Source: Macrostomum lignano (Eukaryota). From it: a DNA stretch of 64,000 bases. Under the pieces are notes generated by a model. The model was not told the origin of the DNA and ran no database searches. It was given only the letters and a program-made list of their open reading frames with translations. Shown in pieces: positions 59,274 through 64,000 of this stretch (position 1 is the first letter of the stretch; the number at the start of each line of letters is the position of its first letter). The stretch lies in NCBI GenBank assembly GCA_002269645.1, contig NIVC01001481.1, positions 124,001 to 188,000 on the forward strand, given 5' to 3'. A program made the translations under genes and the position numbers.

Positions 59274-59844
59274 CAGGGGCGTAGCCAGGAATTTTGATTG
59301 GGGGGGGCCGTGAGTTAGGGGGCGCCAGCTTCTTATAGGGGGGGGCGCCAGCTTCTTATAGGGGGGCGCCAGTTTCTTTTAGGGGGCGCAATTTTTAGGA
59401 GGGGATGGCGCCAGTTTTTTTTAGGGGGCGCCAGTTTTTTTAGGGGGCGCCAGTTTTAGGAGGGGGGGGCGCCAGTTTTAGGAGAGGAGGGCGCCAGTTT
59501 TAGGAGGGGGCGCCAGTTTCTTTTAGGGGGGGGGCGCCAGTTTTTTTTAGGGGGCGGCAGTTTTTTTAGGGGGCGCCAGTTTTAGGAGGGGGGCGCCAGT
59601 TTTAGGAGGGGGGGCGCCAGTTTCTTATAGGAGGAGGGCGCCAGTTTCTTTTAGTGGGGGGGCGCCAGTTTCTTTTAGTGGGGGGCGCCAGTTTCTTTTA
59701 GGAGATGGGCGCCTGTTTCTTTTAGTGGGAGGCGCCAGTTTCTTATAGGGGCGCCAGTTTCTTTTAGGGGGGGGGCGCCAAGGCCAGAGTTGGTGATTGG
59801 GGGGGGGCCACGGCCCCCTTGCCCCCCCTCTGGCTACGCCCCTG
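59274..59844. mobile_element. hAT-type MITE containing an internal G-rich tandem array
   Basis: 15-bp TIR CAGGGGCGTAGCCAG / CTGGCTACGCCCCTG; perfect 8-bp TSD GGTTGAGC (59266-59273, 59845-59852); interior is made of ggggcgccagttt(c)tt(t)a(g) units. Confidence 0.93.
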
Positions 59845-59980
59845 GGTTGAGCACACATGTCGTCTGACAGTTTAGTCACATTTGCAGTTGCAGACTTGTT
59901 TGCTTTCTGCCAACAGAATCCATAATTTTTGTCTAATAACTTTAATTTCAAAATCTGAGCTCAACTACTTCGACGTCTAA

Positions 59981-60460
59981 AATTCAATGCTCTCCCGATA
60001 CAGGATTTTGGCCATAGAAAATCGTCGAAGCACGGGTTGAATATGGTTGGCCGTGTCTTGAATTCAATGCTCTCCCCTTGTACGGTTTTGGCCATAGACA
60101 ATCGTCGAAGCACGGGTTGAATATGGTTGGCCGTGTCTTGAATTCAATGCTCTCCCCTTGTACGGTTTTGGCCATAGACAATCGTCGAAGTACGGGTTGA
60201 ATATGGTTGGCCGTGTCTTGAATTCAATGCTCTCCCCTTGTACGGTTTTGGCCATAGACAATCGTCGAAGTACGGGTTGAATATGGTTGGCCGTGTCTTG
60301 AATTCAATGCTCTCCCCTTGTACGGTTTTGGCCATAGACAATCGTCGAAGTACGGGTTGAATATGGTTGGCCGTGTCTTGAATTCAATGCTCTCCCCTTG
60401 TACGGTTTTGGCCATAGACAATCGTCGAAGTACGGGTTGAATATGGTTGGCCGTGTCTTA
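59981..60460 (+). repeat. 80-bp tandem repeat x6
   Basis: Units start at 59981, 60061, 60141, 60221, 60301 and 60381. The first is diverged; the rest are near-identical. Confidence 0.96.
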
Positions 60461-60633
60461 TATTAGGTGCTCAACTTCCTAAATAAAATTGATAATTCTG
60501 TTTTCCTAGTTTTGACAGCTATAAAGAACAGTGTACTCAGAAGTGCTTTGAGATCTTTAATCTGTTTGTTATGTCACAATGCTTCGAGTCTCAGATGGAC
60601 CCCTTCTTAATAAGTTCCTATTTCGTAAGAAAT

Positions 60634-60890
60634 CAGGATCGCTAATGGTTGGGAGGGGGGGGGGCAAAGCCAAGAGTTCTGCATGTACATGTACGTATTT
60701 TTAGAATCGGTGTTGTCAGCGCTCATTTTGGCGCCATAGGCGCTATATTTTGTCGCCCTGAAGCAAAATTATTGATTTCCATAACGGGTCACCAGGTTGG
60801 GTGTGGGGGACAAAGCATTGGCATGTCCCCCCATAGCTTCACTGCGGGGGGGGTATGCCCCCCTGCCCCCCCCCGGTGGCGACGCGCCTG
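60634..60890. mobile_element. Small decayed hAT-type MITE
   Basis: Perfect 8-bp TSD TAAGAAAT (60626-60633, 60891-60898). Right end ggtggcgacgcgcctg; left end caggatcgctaatgg is degenerate. Poly-G/poly-C subtermini. Confidence 0.72.
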
Positions 60891-61659
60891 TAAGAAATAG
60901 TTTTGTTGTTAGTCTTGAATACATAGTCACTAGTGTTGTATTGCCAGTCACTCCATTCATATTCTTTACATTAAAGCTTAAGTTTTTGTCCAATAACACA
61001 TTTTCATGTTAGTATTGCTTCAGCTTTTTAATAATTCCTGAATCTCCTATAGTGTCTACTAGTAGCATATAGTAGCATTTATCGCGTTGTGCGCTATAAA
61101 TTTATCTATTTTAGTTTATTAGGTATTTCTATTTTTCTTGTGTCTGCAAGCACGCCCACAGAATCTCAAGCTTTTCTGTTCTGCCTGTCCTTCTTGAATT
61201 CGAAAACTCGCAGAATGCGAATGCATGCGAGATAGGGGGGGGGGGAGGTGGTGGTGGAAGAGGCTGCATGGTCGAACTCAATTGATGATGCTGTGCAGTT
61301 GAATGAGTTTGAGTTATTCGTCTTTTATCTGCATTGTTTAGTTTAGCTCACGCACTGCTTCTCTGTCCCAATCTCTATTCTATTCTCGTCTCATCTCATC
61401 ACCCTGGCCAGGCTCGCCGCACACTGGCGCGGGGCACACCCTGTCCTCCATTGTGCGCGAAAATATTTACTTGCCGCCGACGTAAGGGGCCAACGCCCCA
61501 AAAGGTACCAGCAGTCTTTTTATTAGCCTTCCATCTTTATCTAAATCCGTATTTTACAGGCTTTGGGCTTAACTTCAACCAGTATTTAAAGTTTTTTTTA
61601 ACTAAAATAATTATTAATTGTTGAATTACTTCAGCGCGCCAGGAAGCAAATTTGTTTCA

Positions 61660-62613
61660 ATGCTAAACGGCAAAGCCAGAATGCAGGCCGGCGGAATGGC
61701 CGATCCCTACCATCGCCAGCTTCAGTATCCTCGCCAGCCTCAGCAACATCAGCAGCCTCAGCAGTATCAGCAGCCTCAGCAGCCTCAGCAGTATCAGCAG
61801 CCTCAGCAGTATCAGCAGCCTCAGCAGCATCAGCAGCCTCAGCAGTATCAGCAGCCTCAGCAGCATCAGCAACATCAGCAGCATCAGCAGCCTCAGCAAC
61901 ATCACCAGCATCAGATGCAGCGTCAGTCCCAGCCTCACCAGCAGAGGCCGTTGCGCGAGTACGACGTGCTTCATCTGGCCAGCTTCACGGCCGGTCGGGC
62001 CAGACGCCTCAGCCCCGAGGAGGGCCTCCACAAGCTGCAGCAGATGGAGTCCAGCACAGGCCTGTGGGAGATGCAGTGCTGGCTGCAGCTCACCCAATCC
62101 GCTCTGCACATTGTTGATCGGCGCAACGGCGAACTGATGGAGCAGTTCGCTTTGGCTCGGATCCGACAGCCCGTGGCATTCGAAGGCGGCGGACCTCGCG
62201 GCTACGACAGTATCCTGCTGTTCAGCATCGAGGAGCCGACCGGCTCGTGGGAGATGCATATCTTCAACTGTCCGCTGGCCGCTAATTCGGCATCGCGCAT
62301 TGCCAAGGAGATTCACCAGCTGCTGCAGGGCGAGCGCCTGCCAACGGCTGGTGAGCAGCCAGTCAGCGCCCTCGGAGGAGGTGGCCGCCAGCAGCGTCAG
62401 CAGCCGCCGCATCAGCACAACCTGCAGCCTGGGAGAAATTTCGCTCCGATTGCAGAATCCCGTCTGGCACCGTTGGGAGAGGGCGGCGGGCAGCAGCAGC
62501 AGCAGCAGCAGGACTCGGAGCGGCTAGTGCACATTCTGAACCGCTGCTTCGACGAGATTGAAGCCTTCGTTGGACGAGTTGGGGAAGCAGGTCGAGCTCG
62601 CCAGATGCTTCAG
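61660..62613 (+). CDS. EPS8: EPS8-like adaptor, first coding exon (poly-Gln, PTB domain, start of the EGFR-binding region); the gene continues beyond this exon
   Basis: YDVLHLASF..EEGLHKLQQM..GLWEM..ELMEQFAL..YDSILLF..MHIFNC (EPS8-type PTB) and LVHILNRCFDEIEAFV (cf. EPS8 ILNHILDDIEFF). Donor CAG|gtgcgt at 62614. The start ATG (61660, 61681 or 61696) is uncertain. Confidence 0.85.
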
Positions 62614-62650
62614 GTGCGTCCTAAGTTGATGCAGCTTATTTGAACTCTTT

Positions 62651-63693
62651 GAACTCAGAGGTCCCGAATCTGAAATCATGGATACCGAATCTAAAATCAG
62701 AGATCCCGAATCTGAAATCAGAGATCTCGAATCTGAAATCAGAGATCCCGAATCTGAAATCAGAGATCCCGAATCTGAACACAGAGATCCCGAATCTGAA
62801 GTCAGAGATCCCGAATCTGAAATCAGAGATACCGAATCTGAAATCAGAGATCCCGAATCTGAACTCAGAGATCCCGAATCTGAACTCAGAGATCCCGAAT
62901 CTGAAATCAGAGATACCGAATCTGAAATCAGAGATCCCGAATCTGAAATCAGAGATACCGAATCTGAAATCAGAGATCCCGAATCTGAACTCAGAGATCC
63001 CGAATCTGAACTCAGAGATCCCGAATCTGAAATCAGAGATACCGAATCTAAAATCAGAGATCCCGAATCTGGACTCAGAGATCCCGAATCTGAAATCAGG
63101 GATACCGAATCTGAAATCAGCGATCCCGAATCTGAACTCAGAGATCCCGAATCTGAACACAGAGATCCCGAATCTGAAATCAGCGATCCCGAATCTGAAA
63201 TCAGAGATCCCGAATCTGAAATCAGAGATCCCGAATCTGAACTCAGAGATCCCGAATCTGAACTCAGAGATCCCGAATCTGAACTCAGAGATCCCGAATC
63301 TGAACACAGAGATCCCGAATCTGAACACAGAGATCCCGAATCTAAACACAGAGATCCCGAATCTGAAATCAGCGATCCCGAATCTGAAATCAGCGATCCC
63401 GAATCTGAACTCAGAGATCCCGAATCTGAACTCAGCGATCCCGAATCTGAACACAGAGATCCCGAATCTGAGCTCAGAGATCCCGAATCTGAACTCAGAG
63501 ATCCCGAATCTGAACACAGAGATCCCGAATCAGAACTCAGAGATCCCGAATCTGAACTCAGAGATCCCGAATCTGAACACAGAGATCCCAAATCTGAACT
63601 CAGAGATTCCGAATTTGAACTCAGAGATCCCGAATCTGAACACAGAGATCCCGAATCTGAACTCAGAGATCCCGAATCTAAACACAGAGATCC
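62651..63693 (+). repeat. 21-bp minisatellite (gaatctgaaatcagagatccc), about 50 copies, in the EPS8-like intron
   Basis: Direct reading; 7-aa periodic translations in five frames. Confidence 0.96.
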
Positions 63694-64000
63694 TATTATA
63701 TTATTATACTATACTATTATTAAATGATTATATAAATGCTCATGTAATCGCAATCCTTCAAGCTTGCCAAGTTACCTATCCAAACTCTAACCTTTTTCAG
63801 TCGGGTCAACCGCAGGTAAATAAGATAGAGCAACAGCTCGCCAAATATAGCTTTGTATGTTTAGTTTTGCTTTTCCTGTAGTTAGAAATTTCACCTTTTT
63901 TGAAGATAGATTGACTCAATGAATTTTAATTACGATTATGGATGATGACCTGAATAAGCTTTTTGTTCTGATATGTGTCGACAGGTTCTTTTACGCTTGT

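Noticed and set aside
59984-60421. Four near-identical 65-aa minus-strand ORFs
   Set aside because: Phase-shifted translations of the 80-bp repeat.
61030-61060. Minus-strand TIGDSG peptide as a candidate Rab exon 1
   Set aside because: There is no GT donor after the G and no FKLL context; the true exon is at 31165-31111.
62524-63881. ORFs of 293-413 aa in five frames
   Set aside because: All derive from the 21-bp array, which lies after a good splice donor. They are kept only as a low-interest finding.

Overview
Eukaryotic (animal) genomic DNA: spliceosomal GT-AG introns, GC/CpG-rich coding exons in AT-rich, repeat-laden intergenic DNA. The gene set and repeat style suggest a flatworm such as Macrostomum; this is an inference, not shown by the sequence. 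From left to right: (1) a cluster of four intact, intronless ecdysteroid-kinase-like (EcKinase/CHK-type small-molecule kinase) genes plus one truncated copy, interleaved with a Tctex1-domain dynein light chain gene; the paralogs are a mosaic of near-identical and strongly diverged blocks. (2) A five-exon Rab35-like gene whose 15.56-kb first intron holds a mariner and a nested stack (hAT inside hAT, carrying a LINE RNase H fragment and two MITEs), with TIRs/TSDs readable for each insertion. (3) An intronless Dbl-family (DH-PH) RhoGEF. (4) A 7-kb satellite-dense stretch with a possible small spliced orphan gene. (5) Stacked LOA/Lian-like LINE 3' ends next to a Polinton/Maverick packaging-ATPase relic. 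(6) A six-exon CCDC169-like gene, head-to-head with an unusually minimal MLH3-type MutL C-terminal endonuclease ORF. (7) An intronless EF-hand rhomboid protease. (8) Two hAT MITEs, an 80-bp array, and the first coding exon of an EPS8-like gene followed by a 21-bp intronic array. I recognised no rRNA, tRNA or CRISPR array. The best novelty candidates are the stripped-down MLH3 endonuclease module, the conversion-mosaic kinase cluster, the Polinton relic, and the CpG-deamination signature in the old TEs. All family assignments come from motif recognition by eye, not from database searches.
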